Below, piece by piece: positions 1 to 11,794 of a stretch of 36,343 bases of DNA. The DNA is taken from contig NC_068984.1 in the NCBI RefSeq assembly GCF_001194135.2, forward strand, positions 137,804,200 through 137,840,542. Direction: 5' to 3'. This DNA comes from Octopus bimaculoides (lineage: Eukaryota). The first letter of the stretch is position 1, and every line of letters starts with the position of its first letter. Below the pieces are notes generated by a model that made no database searches, was not told where the DNA came from, and was given only the letters and a program-made list of their open reading frames with translations. Position numbers and translations under genes: made by a program.

Positions 1-40
1 TATATATATATATATGTATATGTATGTATGTATATCAACA

Positions 41-205
41 CGACGGGTTTCTTTCAGTTTCTGTCTACTAAATCCACTCACAAGGCTTTGGTCGGCCTGA
101 GGCTATAGTAGAAGACACTTGCCCAAAGTGCCACGCAGTTGGACTGAACCCGGAACCATGTGGTTTGGGAAGCAACCTTCTTACCACACAACCACTCCCG
201 CGCCC
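41..205 (-). mobile_element. SINE family A, 5' half (tRNA-like head plus CORE-like CCTTGGGCAAG-type segment)
   Basis: Reverse complement matches the copy at 3055-3230. It has A-box-like TGGTTGTGTGG and B-box-like GGTTCAGTCC, and runs into a (TA)/(TATG) microsatellite at 1-36. Confidence 0.85.
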
Positions 206-276
206 GAGCCACACAAACTCCTGCGCCTGATAGCCACTCTTGCGCCTGACAGCCACACCTGCACCTATGTACATAT

Positions 277-390
277 TTTTTATTTGTTTCAGTCACTTGA
301 CTGCACCTGTGTAGGAATACCTTTTGAAGAATTTAATCGAACTAATCAACCTCAAATCATTATCTTTCTTTTAATCCCAGGTACATATTT
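277..390 (-). mobile_element. Degenerate 3' tail of SINE family A
   Basis: tttgtttcagtcacttgactgc matches the family A tail seen at 18280-18310 and 28355-28385. Confidence 0.55.
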
Positions 391-487
391 CATGGGTTGT
401 CAAGTACTGACGGTGGATGTGGTAGTGGTGGTGGTGGTGGGGATAACTAGAAAAGTACGCATGGACACACACACATACATGCAAACA

Positions 488-640
488 GAGAAGGTTCCAT
501 ACGGTTTCCATCGACCAAATTTCACGCACAAGAAATTGGCCGATCTGAGGCCATTTAGAAGAAAACATTTGCCCAATGTGCAGCGAAGCGGAACTGAACT
601 CAAAACCACGTGGTTACGAAGCGAACTTGTTAACCACACA
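488..640 (-). mobile_element. Old degenerate copy of SINE family A head
   Basis: Colinear partial similarity to 41-190 (ttgcccaa..gtgc..cg..g...gaactgaac...accacgtggtt...accacac). Confidence 0.55.
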
Positions 641-1646
641 CTTTTGTATGTATTTCCAGTGTACCTATGTGTGTATATGTATACACTTATACATATACAT
701 ACGTACATACATACATATACATATACATACATATATATATANNNNNNNNNNNNNNNNNNNNNNNNNNNNNNNNNNNNNNNNNNNNNNNNNNNNNNNNNNN
801 NNNNNNNNNNNNNNNNNNNNNNNNNNNNNNNNNNNNNNNNNNNNNNNNNNNNNNNNNNNNNNNNNNNNNNNNNNNNNNNNNNNNNNNNNNNNNNNNNNNN
901 NNNNNNNNNNNNNNNNNNNNNNNNNNNNNNNNNNNNNNNNNNNNNNNNNNNNNNNNNNNNNNNNNNNNNNNNNNNNNNNNNNNNNNNNNNNNNNNNNNNN
1001 NNNNNNNNNNNNNNNNNNNNNNNNNNNNNNNNNNNNNNNNNNNNNNNNNNNNNNNNNNNNNNNNNNNNNNNNNNNNNNNNNNNNNNNNNNNNNNNNNNNN
1101 NNNNNNNNNNNNNNNNNNNNNNNNNNNNNNNNNNNNNNNNNNNNNNNNNNNNNNNNNNNNNNNNNNNNNNNNNNNNNNNNNNNNNNNNNNNNNNNNNNNN
1201 NNNNNNNNNNNNNNNNNNNNNNNNNNNNNNNNNNNNNNNNNNNNNNNNNNNNNNNNNNNNNNNNNNNNNNNNNNNNNNNNNNNNNNNNNNNNNNNNNNNN
1301 NNNNNNNNNNNNNNNNNNNNNNNNNNNNNNNNNNNNNNNNNNNNNNNNNNNNNNNNNNNNNNNNNNNNNNNNNNNNNNNNNNNNNNNNNNNNNNNNNNNN
1401 NNNNNNNNNNNNNNNNNNNNNNNNNNNNNNNNNNNNNNNNNNNNNNNNNNNNNNNNNNNNNNNNNNNNNNNNNNNNNNNNNNNNNNNNNNNNNNNNNNNN
1501 NNNNNNNNNNNNNNNNNNNNNNNNNNNNNNNNNNNNNNNNNNNNNNNNNNNNNNNNNNNNNNNNNNNNNNNNNNNNNNNNNNNNNNNTATATATATATAG
1601 ATAGATATACATAGGTACATTCATACATACACACAAGCGCACACAC

Positions 1647-1677
<31 letters not shown>

Positions 1678-2475
1678 TGTATATTATATACGTAACCGTG
1701 AGATATTTTCTTCATATTTTCGTGAAGAGAAAAAAATACACATACACATACAATGTACATATATACCTACACACACACATATAATATGATGCACATTTTT
1801 ATTATTTGATTCGACAACCATATTTAAGTACAATCTTCCATCAGAAGACACCGTGAGTGCTTAAAGGAATCCAGAATAAAACACGGTTTACCAAACACGC
1901 AAATAATCTTTATTGAGATTTTCCATTGATTTTATTATCATTAGGCATTTGCTACCTGACACTTACCTGGTATTGTTGTGATATTACTTTAGATCTTAGA
2001 ATATCATCATTGCCAAATTAGATAATATATGAACACACAGACACACACAAGCGTGCGCACTCACACATGTATATATTCATATATATATAAGAAATACGTA
2101 GCAGCAGAAATGTTCTTTTTTTATGTTACCAGAAATGAACTTCGTGTTATAAAGAAGTGTGTAGTATTTTGCCTCGTGTCATTTTGAAACAACGCATACA
2201 CAAACAGACGCATACATTCTCAAATATATATACACACACACACACAGACACACTTACTCACAGACACACTCACACACTGATACACTCACACACAGCTGAA
2301 AAATAAAGAAATACTTAACGAAAAAAGGGAAAGAAAATTCAAAGAAAATGAAGAAAATTTCTAAGGAAATAAGAAAAGTGATACAATAGACTTATTTACA
2401 AAATTAAAAAAAAATATTTGTTTCATCCAAATAACGTGCTTATCACATTCACCCNNNNNNNNNNATATATATGCT

Positions 2476-2510
<35 letters not shown>

Positions 2511-2943
2511 GTGCATGTGTGTGTTGCGTGTGTATGATTGAGTATGTATGTGTGGTATTTGAAAAAAGAAAGAAAACTATATCGAATAAAGAAACTCAAT
2601 GGAAGAAGTAGATTTAAATATGCATCTTCAAAGGTGACATTGAATTGGAAGTTTTGCCAATGCTGTCTTTTCGAAGAGTAACGGAAATTGAGCATATGAA
2701 TATATATATATGTAAAAGAGATTGATACTGGAGCGAGTTAGTTTCAATAAGAGTAGAGAAACCAAAAGAAACGATTAGAAATGGCCAAATATAGTGGCAT
2801 TGTTTGGAGAGACAGCGGTAAAAGGAAAACGAAATATAGAATATGAGTTGGTTTAATAATTGTATATAATTGAGTGAAAATAAAAGATGCGAGCTAGAGA
2901 AATAATATTCTTAAAATTATAAACCTAGCAAAATACAGGACAA

Positions 2944-3050
2944 GTTATTGCTTCGACAATGCATATACTAAAATTGGAATGATACAGAGAAGATTATCAT
3001 GGTCAATGCACAAAGATGACGCGCAAATTCGTGAATAGTTGTGCATTTTT
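2944..3050 (+). pseudogene. U6: U6 snRNA, full-length 107-nt diverged copy, probably non-functional
   Basis: Ungapped match to metazoan U6: CATATACTAAAATTGGAA, ACAGAGAAGATT box, GATGAC.CGCAAATTCGTGAA and a TTTTT end. About 86/107 identical to vertebrate U6 as recalled. The catalytic AGC triad reads ATC and the upper ISL stem (CCT/AGG) reads AAT/AAG. Confidence 0.93.
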
Positions 3051-3054
3051 CTAC

Positions 3055-3682
3055 AGGCGCAGGAGTGGCTGTGTGGTAAGTTGCTTGCTTACCAACCACA
3101 TGTTTCCAGGTTCAGTCCTACTGCGTGGCGCCTTGGGTAAGTGTCTTCTACTATAGCTTCGAGCCGACCAAAGCCTTGTGAGTGGATTTGGTAGACGGAA
3201 ACTGAAAGAAGCACGTCGTATATATATATATATATATATATATTATCNNNNNNNNNNNNNNNNNNNNNNNNNNNNNNNNNNNNNNNNNNNNNNNNNNNNN
3301 NNNNNNNNNNNNNNNNNNNNNNNNNNNNNNNNNNNNNNNNNNNNNNNNNNNNNNNNNNNNNNNNNNNNNNNNNNNNNNNNNNNNNNNNNNNNNNNNNNNN
3401 NNNNNNNNNNNNNNNNNNNNNNNNNNNNNNNNNNNNNNNNNNNNNNNNNNNNNNNNNNNNNNNNNNNNNNNNNNNNNNNNNNNNNNNNTGTGTGTGTGTG
3501 TGTTTGTTCCCTCACCAACCGATGCTGGTGTGTTTACGTCTCCGTAACTTAGCGGTTCGGCAAAAGAGTCCGATAGAATAAGTATTAGGCTTGCAAAGAA
3601 TAAGTCCTGGGTTCGACTAAAGGTGGTACCCCAGCATGGCCGCTGTCAAATGACTGAAACAAACAAACAAATAAAAGAACGT
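3055..3682 (+). mobile_element. SINE family A, full-length copy with an internal TA/TG microsatellite that spans gap 3248-3488
   Basis: Head AGGCGCAGGAGTGGCTGTGTGGTAAG, then body to GAAAGAAGCACGTCG(TA)n. After the gap: (TG)n, GTAACTTAGCGGTTCGGCAAAAGAG and CAAATGACTGAAACAAAC tail. Same layout as 18449-18762. Confidence 0.9.
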
Positions 3683-3745
3683 AATGAATGTAGGCTTAGC
3701 GTAATTAAATGGAAAAATGCTAGCAAGAGAAATAATAATATTCTT

Positions 3746-4527
3746 AAGATTATAAACCTGGAAAAGTACAGGACAACTTATTACATCTTCCAAAGTACAG
3801 AAAAAGAAAATTTATACTTAGAATATTGCAGCTAAGGATAAAATTTCAAATAAAATATTTAGATTTTTAAAATATTAGCTTTTATTAAAACTAAAAATGT
3901 TATCACAAGTTATTAATTCTATCTGTTATTACTTGTAACTTGTATTAAAAATAAAAAATAACTCAAAATATTTTTTGCACTTAAAAAAATGCATTTGTTT
4001 AATTATTAATTAATAATTAGAAATTTGAATATAGGTTATAAAAAATAATAGTAGTACATAATTAGTTAGTACAATAAATAGAATAATACAAAAATTGTTT
4101 ATATATTACAGTAAAATCTACCTATAACAACGAATTCACAGTAAAATTTGCTTGAGTTATTGCCTAAGTTATTGCCAAGTCTTCACACTTTTAGTCTTGA
4201 CCCAATGCCTATTTTTTACATAATAAATTTGCCTACTATATATACCATTCTATTCTGCATAGAACTTTAGCTATATTGGTACTTCTGGCTCTCATTTTTT
4301 AAGTATTGTAGTGTGTCAATATTTTAACAAAATGATGGTACCTTTTTTAATAATAATGTTACTTTGTAAATTAAAATCAAATAATTTTTAATATTCAAAT
4401 TTTATCCTTAGCTGCAATATTTTAAATAAAAAATTTTCTTGTTCTGTACTTTACCAGATGTAATAAGTTGTCCTGAATTTTTCAAAGTGTAATAAATTGT
4501 CCTGTATTTTTCCAGGTTTATAATCTT
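3746..4527. repeat. Inverted repeat with arms ~3746-3870 and ~4385-4527 and an AT-rich spacer
   Basis: aatattgcagctaaggataaaattt (3822-3846) vs aaattttatccttagctgcaatatt, and aagattataaacctggaaaa vs ttttccaggtttataatctt. The right arm has a 29-bp tandem duplication (4460-4517). Confidence 0.85.
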
Positions 4528-4687
4528 TATTCCAGGCTATGCTATTATGCTAATTAATAATGTGTCAATTAATAATTTAAGATTTTACCTTATTGAAAAT
4601 TGAATAATAAACTTTATGATTGAATTATCATTATTATTGAATTAAAATAAAAAGTTTTAATCTAAAAAAAATTTAAAAAAGATTAGT

Positions 4688-5196
4688 AATTCCTTAATTT
4701 GAACTCTATCATTTAAGCTTAATTAAAACAGCCTGTTTTTAAAATAAAAAAAATATTATTATTCTTAAATCCAATTTTTTGCCTTACTGAGAATTTCCTG
4801 TCAATGTAAAACTACTGCGATTCTGTTTCTCCTCTCAGATATGACGGGACTGTGTTTACATGATATAATTGCATTAATTAAACCGATACCGTAATTAAAC
4901 TAATTGTAAATTAGCGGTTAATATATTTTTCCTTACCTCAGTTATGCCGGTAACATATATTAAAAGTCCCCTTATAGAACTATATTCATAAAAAAGTACA
5001 GAACTACATTATCACCCTCAAATTTGAGAAGCAAGCACTAATAACTTTTCTTTTTTAAAACTTTATTGCAGAGATTGATACCATGAAATTCCTCGAATCG
5101 AGCTCTATCACTTAAGCTTAATTAAAATGTAATTTGTTTTTAAAATAAAAAAGTTAATTATACTTAAATACAATTTTTTGCCTTACTAATATTTCC
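4688..5196 (+). repeat. ~110-bp direct repeat (4688-4799 and 5087-5196)
   Basis: Shared ctctatca.ttaagcttaattaaaa...tgtttttaaaataaaaaa...caatttttt.gccttact. Confidence 0.8.
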
Positions 5197-5234
5197 ATGA
5201 TATACTTTTTTATTTTGATACTTAACTTTTTAAC

Positions 5235-5639
5235 AATCCATCCATTTCTTCCCCCACCATTCCTGAAGGGGTGGTGGTGGTTGTGGAATTAGATTCCTCA
5301 CGCGCCTCTTCAAGAGGGTCCTGTCAGAAGCGACCGTCATTACACTTTTCTGTTAGATTTCCAAGTGTTACTATTTGAGACAATGAATTTTTTTCCAACC
5401 ATCTCGATCTTGGTTTACTCCCGGGTCTCCTGCCAGTTGGCTCGACTTCAAGATTTCATCTTACGATTCTTTCCTGCAACATTCTCACCACATGTCCTTA
5501 TACCTGAGCTGTGATCACTCAATGCGAAGAGATAGCGGTTCGATCTAGATAGATTTCCTGATCTCCGAAATATGCACCCTATCGTGTAACTCTACTCCGG
5601 GGATCCTTCAAAGAATTCCATTTCGACCGCCTGTATTAG
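5235..5639 (-). mobile_element. RTE-clade LINE (Rex3/Expander-like) 3' remnant with an (ATGG)n tail
   Basis: With frameshifts it translates to LIQAVEM..IEPLSLRIE*SQLR..GHVVRMLQERIVR*NLEVEPTGRRPGSKPRSRWLEKIH..VASDR. This fits the Rex3/Expander C-terminus pattern VEPLLLxIERSQLRWxGH..PTGRRPRGRPRTRW. Confidence 0.85.
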
Positions 5640-6263
5640 AAAAACAGAATTAGTGTTGATAATGTTGTTGTTTGGGCCATTTTCTTTTGCGTCAATAGTA
5701 TTGTAATTGTTTGACGAATTTCACTTTCGAACGGAGATGAAGTCAAAGTGAATATTTTTCGCCTCAATACTGCTAACATTTGATCAGACCCTATTACAAT
5801 TGATTTAACGTCCTAACTAGTAAAAATCAATTCTACAACATAGTCTTTGAAAAGATTCCTGTATTTTAGAACACATATATAAGCTTTTAGATTTAGAATT
5901 ATTACATTTTGCATGTTAGTTGCATAATCCGACATTGCTACGTACCATGTCGAGTAAAGAAAGATGTCAACTCGGAAAACAGTTTTCGGTGATTTAAAGT
6001 AAAGCAACGTTTTTAAGCCATTTATAAACGTGAACGTTTTCAAACTTTACCTTCATATTTACATATTGGGTTTGGTAGTGATTTCAATTGTACAAAGGAG
6101 GATACATTCAGCTTAAAAGAAATATCCGAAGGGGAATCAGAATATGAAACCAATTTCTAGCTGTGGAAAAACCATTGTCGTTTATTACAAGTCCTCTTAA
6201 TGAAAGAAAGAGAGACAGAATATCACACGCGTCCGCATGTGACCTCTGTGTTAGTTAATCATC

Positions 6264-6580
6264 GACAACGACGAGGGTTCCAGTTGATCCGATCAACTGA
6301 AAAGCTTGCTCGTGAGGTCAACATGCAAGTGGCTAAGAACTCCACAGACACGTATACCCTTAATGTAGTTCTCAGGGAGATTCAGCGTGACACAGAGTGT
6401 GACAAGGCTGGCCCTTTGAAATATAGGTACTACTCATTTTTGCCAGCTGAGTGGACTGGAGCACCGTGAAATAAAGTGTCTTGCTCAAGGATACAACGTG
6501 CCACCCGGAATCGAACTCGCGACCCTACGATCGCGAGTCGAATACCTAACCACTAAGCCACCTAAGCCACGCGCCTTCAC
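6264..6580 (-). mobile_element. SINE family C, full length (317 bp) with a 12-bp TSD
   Basis: TSD TAGTTAATCATC at 6252-6263 and 6581-6592. Head GTGAAGGCGCGTGGCTTAG..TGG, B box GAGTTCGATTCC, CORE-like CCTTGAGCAAGACACTT. Confidence 0.92.
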
Positions 6581-7255
6581 TAGTTAATCATCAAATCAGT
6601 ATTAAAGCTCATGATATTTCTCTTGCTTCTTGCTCGAATTTATGACAAGGACATAGAACTTGACACCAGATTCGAAACAGCCGAATGCTATTGTCGTTGG
6701 TCTTGCTATCCTTTCCTACGACATTCGAATCTCATGTCCGCAGTACCGGAGATCTTACTCTCAATGTGGAGAAGTAGCGGCTCGCATTGGAGAGACTGCT
6801 CAAACAACTGTCGAGTAACACCAGTCTAATGATCCTTCGAAATGACTCCCTTTCAGCTGTTTGTATTCACGATCATATTCGTTCGGTTATTACCCAACAT
6901 TCCTGGCCATACGTGGAGACAGGCACGGAAACCGAATTGAAGATAGCGAGTTTGGCTTTTTTACCAGCCTCTCTTCTTTGTCTACAGAACAATTCTGTTT
7001 CCTTAATTGTCATAACATCAAAGCAAAGCATGTATCCCATTTTTTCATCCACGCATTGTTTTTTTTTTCTTCTCTTGGCAATAATATGGAAGCATGTGGT
7101 TTAGTTTAAAAACGTTCATCTTCTTGTCAACTAACTCATTTTGGTAAACATTGTTCTAAGCTCTGCTCAAGACCAAAATATCAACCTACGGCAACCATCT
7201 AATTTCTGCAGCTTAAACGTCACATCGTTGCTGCTCGTAACTGCCGTCATTATTC

Positions 7256-8503
7256 CCTTCTTCTTCTTCTTCTTCTTCTTCTTCTTCTTCTTCTTCTTCT
7301 TCTTCTTCTTCTTCTTCTTCTTCTTCTTCTTCTTCTTCTTCTTCTTCTTCTTCTTCNNNNNNNNNNNNNNNNNNNNNNNNNNNNNNNNNNNNNNNNNNNN
7401 NNNNNNNNNNNNNNNNNNNNNNNNNNNNNNNNNNNNNNNNNNNNNNNNNNNNNNNNNNNNNNNNNNNNNNNNNNNNNNNNNNNNNNNNNNNNNNNNNNNN
7501 NNNNNNNNNNNNNNNNNNNNNNNNNNNNNNNNNNNNNNNNNNNNNNNNNNNNNNNNNNNNNNNNNNNNNNNNNNNNNNNNNNNNNNNNNNNNNNNNNNNN
7601 NNNNNNNNNNNNNNNNNNNNNNNNNNNNNNNNNNNNNNNNNNNNNNNNNNNNNNNNNNNNNNNNNNNNNNNNNNNNNNNNNNNNNNNNNNNNNNNNNNNN
7701 NNNNNNNNNNNNNNNNNNNNNNNNNNNNNNNNNNNNNNNNNNNNNNNNNNNNNNNNNNNNNNNNNNNNNNNNNNNNNNNNNNNNNNNNNNNNNNNNNNNN
7801 NNNNNNNNNNNNNNNNNNNNNNNNNNNNNNNNNNNNNNNNNNNNNNNNNNNNNNNNNNNNNNNNNNNNNNNNNNNNNNNNNNNNNNNNNNNNNNNNNNNN
7901 NNNNNNNNNNNNNNNNNNNNNNNNNNNNNNNNNNNNNNNNNNNNNNNNNNNNNNNNNNNNNNNNNNNNNNNNNNNNNNNNNNNNNNNNNNNNNNNNNNNN
8001 NNNNNNNNNNNNNNNNNNNNNNNNNNNNNNNNNNNNNNNNNNNNNNNNNNNNNNNNNNNNNNNNNNNNNNNNNNNNNNNNNNNNNNNNNNNNNNNNNNNN
8101 NNNNNNNNNNNNNNNNNNNNNNNNNNNNNNNNNNNNNNNNNNNNNNNNNNNNNNNNNNNNNNNNNNNNNNNNNNNNNNNNNNNNNNNNNNNNNNNNNNNN
8201 NNNNNNNNNNNNNNNNNNNNNNNNNNNNNNNNNNNNNNNNNNNNNNNNNNNNNNNNNNNNNNNNNNNNNNNNNNNNNNNNNNNNNNNNNNNNNNNNNNNN
8301 NNNNNNNNNNNNNNNNNNNNNNNNNNNNNNNNNNNNNNNNNNNAAATACATGGCAAGAACATCCTGCTATATCACTATACAGGTTACATAACCTTACTGA
8401 TATTTTTATCGCCTATATTTATGCATTCTTCTTCTTCTTCTTCTTCTTCTTCTTCTTCTTCTTCTTCTTCTTCTTCTTCTTCTTCTTCTTCTTCTTCTTC
8501 TTC
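7256..8503. repeat. (TTC)n microsatellites at 7256-7356 (running into gap 7357-8343) and 8427-8503
   Basis: Read directly from the sequence. Confidence 0.95.
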
Positions 8504-8519
8504 CCATTATCATTTTTGT

Positions 8520-8700
8520 TTTCATCATTAAACCAGCGAGATAGCACAATTGTTAGAGCGGCTTTCTTTCGCCTCTCAATGTTCTAAGTTCTAATACCGC
8601 CGACGTCAACTTTGCTTCTCATTCCATCAGGGTCGACAAAATAATGTACAATCGTGCACTGGACTCAATTTAGCTGCCCTTGTGTCTACACTAGAAACAA
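8520..8700 (+). mobile_element. Degenerate SINE family B copy
   Basis: gttctaagttctaataccgccgacgtcaactttgct..cattcc..gggtcga.aaaata..gtac is colinear with the B copies at 25952 and 27043. Confidence 0.65.
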
Positions 8701-9096
8701 TTATTACTCTGTCTTAAGTCTCCGTTGCTTTGCAGTCACGAAATTTTGGCTTCAATTTCGGTCTCAGGTATCTTCGACAGGTGTCTTTTACAATAGGCAT
8801 GCTTGACTCAATCCTTGGGAAGAAAGCCAAATTCACAGAAAACCTGGCGCAGTCCTTCTGGTTGATCATAACTGTAAATCAAAATTCTGTGACTGAGACT
8901 TGAGGGTAAACATGTCTGCGAAATACTTTTCCACTTATGCGCCAATTCAATGAGTAGATCATTCAGCTGATCGAATAACACGAAATATTCTTTCTTGAAG
9001 CCGATGGAAATTCATTTACTTTACATACTTTCATACGCATGCTCGCACGCACACACACAAACACAAAGCAACACATAACATAAGAGTTCATTTAGT

Positions 9097-9296
9097 TACG
9101 TCATCTTTCTTGGAAATTGCACCACTATCAGAAAATAATCTTTGTGCCATGGGGTGGATATGAGCAACCAAAATACTCACATGATCCTTGGCGTTGACAC
9201 TTTGCTATGTAGAACAATTGAAGCGTTAAGAGAATTCCTTGATATGACAGCCGAAATAATCACAGAGCCATCTATATGCTTCACAGTAGCGGCCAA
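9097..9296 (-). mobile_element. Tc1/mariner (DD34E-type) transposase remnant
   Basis: Reads ATVKHIDGSVIISAVISRNSLNASIVLHSK, then after one frameshift VNAKDHVSILVAHIHPMAQRLFSDSGAISKKDD. This fits the Tc1 pattern TVKHGGGSVMVW..LHGxINxKDYxxILxxHVHPM..LF....FQDDN. Confidence 0.65.
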
Positions 9297-10186
9297 ATGA
9301 TTTAGAAAAATAGTTAACAAATGATATTTCCATTATTTTGTGAAACCGCAGTATATATACACCATCATCATACATTATACTTATGTACATGCGAGGATGT
9401 ATGTATTATATGTACTGGAGTATATATGAGGGCCGTGTCTATGTGTTTCACCGTACTTTCAACATTAAACGAATCATTATCGTCTTTCTTTCTTTCTTTC
9501 TTTCTTTCTTTCCTTGTTTGTTTGTTTATAACTTTCTTAATACTCATTTGTTCACTTTGAAATTTTATTGTGAGTATGTGTCTGTGTGAGAGTACGTACA
9601 TTTAATTGGTTATAAATTCATGCGTTTATATAATTGTATTTTGAATTTTAGATCTCAATGTTTCTTTGCAGGCCAATATTTGCTTGCAAACAAACAAATA
9701 TATATATATATATATATATATANNNNNNNNNNNNNNNNNNNNNNNNNNNNNNNNNNNNNNNNNNNNNNNNNNNNNNNNNNNNNNNNNNNNNNNNNNNNNN
9801 NNNNNNNNNNNNNNNNNNNNNNNNNNNNNNNNNNNNNNNNNNNNNNNNNNNNNNNNNNNNNNNNNNNNNNNNNNNNNNNNNNNNNNNNNNNNNNNNNNNN
9901 NNNNNNNNNNNNNNNNNNNNNNNNNNNNNNNNNNNNNNNNNNNNNNNNNNNNNNNNNNNNNNNNNNNNNNNNNNNNNNNNNNNNNNNNNNNNNNNNNNNN
10001 NNNNNNNNNNNNNNNNNNNNNNNNNNNNNNNNNNNNNNNNNNNNNNNNNNNNNNNNNNNNNNNNNNNNNNNNNNNNNNNNNNNNNNNNNNNNNNNNNNNN
10101 NNNNNNNNNNNNNNNNNNNNNNNNNNNNNNNNNNNNNNNNNNNNNNNNNNNNNNNNNNNNNNNNNNNNNNNNNNNNNNNNNNNNNN

Positions 10187-10228
<42 letters not shown>

Positions 10229-10669
10229 GCACACACACACACACACACACGCATACACACACATGTATATAGAGAGATCTAGTTCTCTCTCTCTCGCTCC
10301 CTTTCTCACTCTATCTGTTTCTGTACACACACACACACACACGCTCACGCACACACATTTAATAAAAACAGACAATTGGTTACAATTGTTTCATCAGGAG
10401 TCTTTATTGTGCTGTAAACATGCTACAGACAGTTATGCCGTATACAAAATATCCATAAGATTATTTATCAGGATCTTCCTTAATTAAAGCTATTAATCAA
10501 TGATCAGTCTGCAATAATTAGTCAGAGTACTTTAAGGAATGTAAATTTAGTAAATGACTAAAAGACGATGGAATTTATTCGTCATGGTCTTTCCTAAACA
10601 ATATAACACAATAAATGTTTTTTTTATAGACTGATCTCGGTAATCATCTTAAAATGTGTTTTGATGGGG

Positions 10670-10767
10670 TCAAATGTCATGCTTGGCGCGCCTCCTCCTT
10701 GCTGGGATGCCAGCCTGTTTTTGCCAGTACCAGCCTTTGTAAGCGAGGGAGCTAAGTTTCATGACAC
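10670..10767 (-). CDS. Candidate terminal coding exon of an unidentified gene: (G)VMKLSSLAYKGWYWQKQAGIPARRRRAKHDI*
   Basis: Locally GC-rich island in AT-rich DNA. Acceptor tatttctattctaaag|GT, only one open frame (phase 1), TGA at 10670-10672, and a minus-strand AATAAA about 90 nt downstream (10574-10579). No family recognised. Confidence 0.4.
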
Positions 10768-11794
10768 CTTTAGAATAGAAATACATTTGAGCAATCCTTT
10801 AATATAGAATCTTTATACAAATACATAATCTTTATCCAAATACATAATCATACAGTTTGTATATTTCTTTTGAAATGTATTCAATTTTCTGACTTCGATA
10901 AGTTGTAATAATTCTGTATTTACACAATAACTATAAATTTCTAAAACAGCTCATTTCTAGCTAGAGTCCTTGATTCCTTTACAAGATAAATCATTATATT
11001 TTGTAGTTTATCCATAAGACATATAACATAAATTTTATGTTTGCTTTAATATATCTGTTATAGTCCATTCTACTTTTATCATTTTTTCTTATTTCATTTT
11101 GTCATTTCATTTGATTTGTCTTATTTTTCGGATATAAATAATGTATTTTTTATATAATTGTATCTCTCTGCTCGTTAAGGTTTCCAGATTTCAGAAGCAT
11201 TTGTGCTTTTTAAGATTTTTACTTCTTATGAAAAGTAACGTACTTCCATCATTATTTCCAGTCACATCACTGATAATTTACGTTTATTTAAATTCAATAG
11301 TTTAATAATACAGAACATGGAAAATTTTAAAATAACAGTAGTTATAAATTTATTTATATCTTTAAAAAGTAACCAAATTTCTTTTATCGTAAGACGATAT
11401 TATTTACTGATTTTAATCTAACATTAATTTTGCTGTGGCACGTTTTTTGCTTTATATTATTATGTCTGTTATATAGGAAAGCAGAACTCAAAACCTGAGT
11501 ACATATTTTATTAATTGGCAGAAGTTACAGAGTGACTCAAAGTTACAGAGTTTCGTGCGTTAATACTTATCAAAATGGCTTCGAATTATGGAGATTACAT
11601 TTATAATGACTGGCTAAAACGATAAATATAATTTTCTTTGGACTATTCAAAAATAAATTATAAAAACAAGGTCACGTGAATAATGAATATTTTTCAAATA
11701 TATAGTTTTATGTTTAAGAGATGAGGAATCATGTACATTATTTACATTATTTACATTTGACGGATATTTGTCCTCATCTTTTTTTTTTGTTGGT

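Noticed and set aside
1966-2020. Strong minus-strand donor CAG|GTAAGT
   Set aside because: The upstream frames are closed by stops and no good acceptor is nearby.
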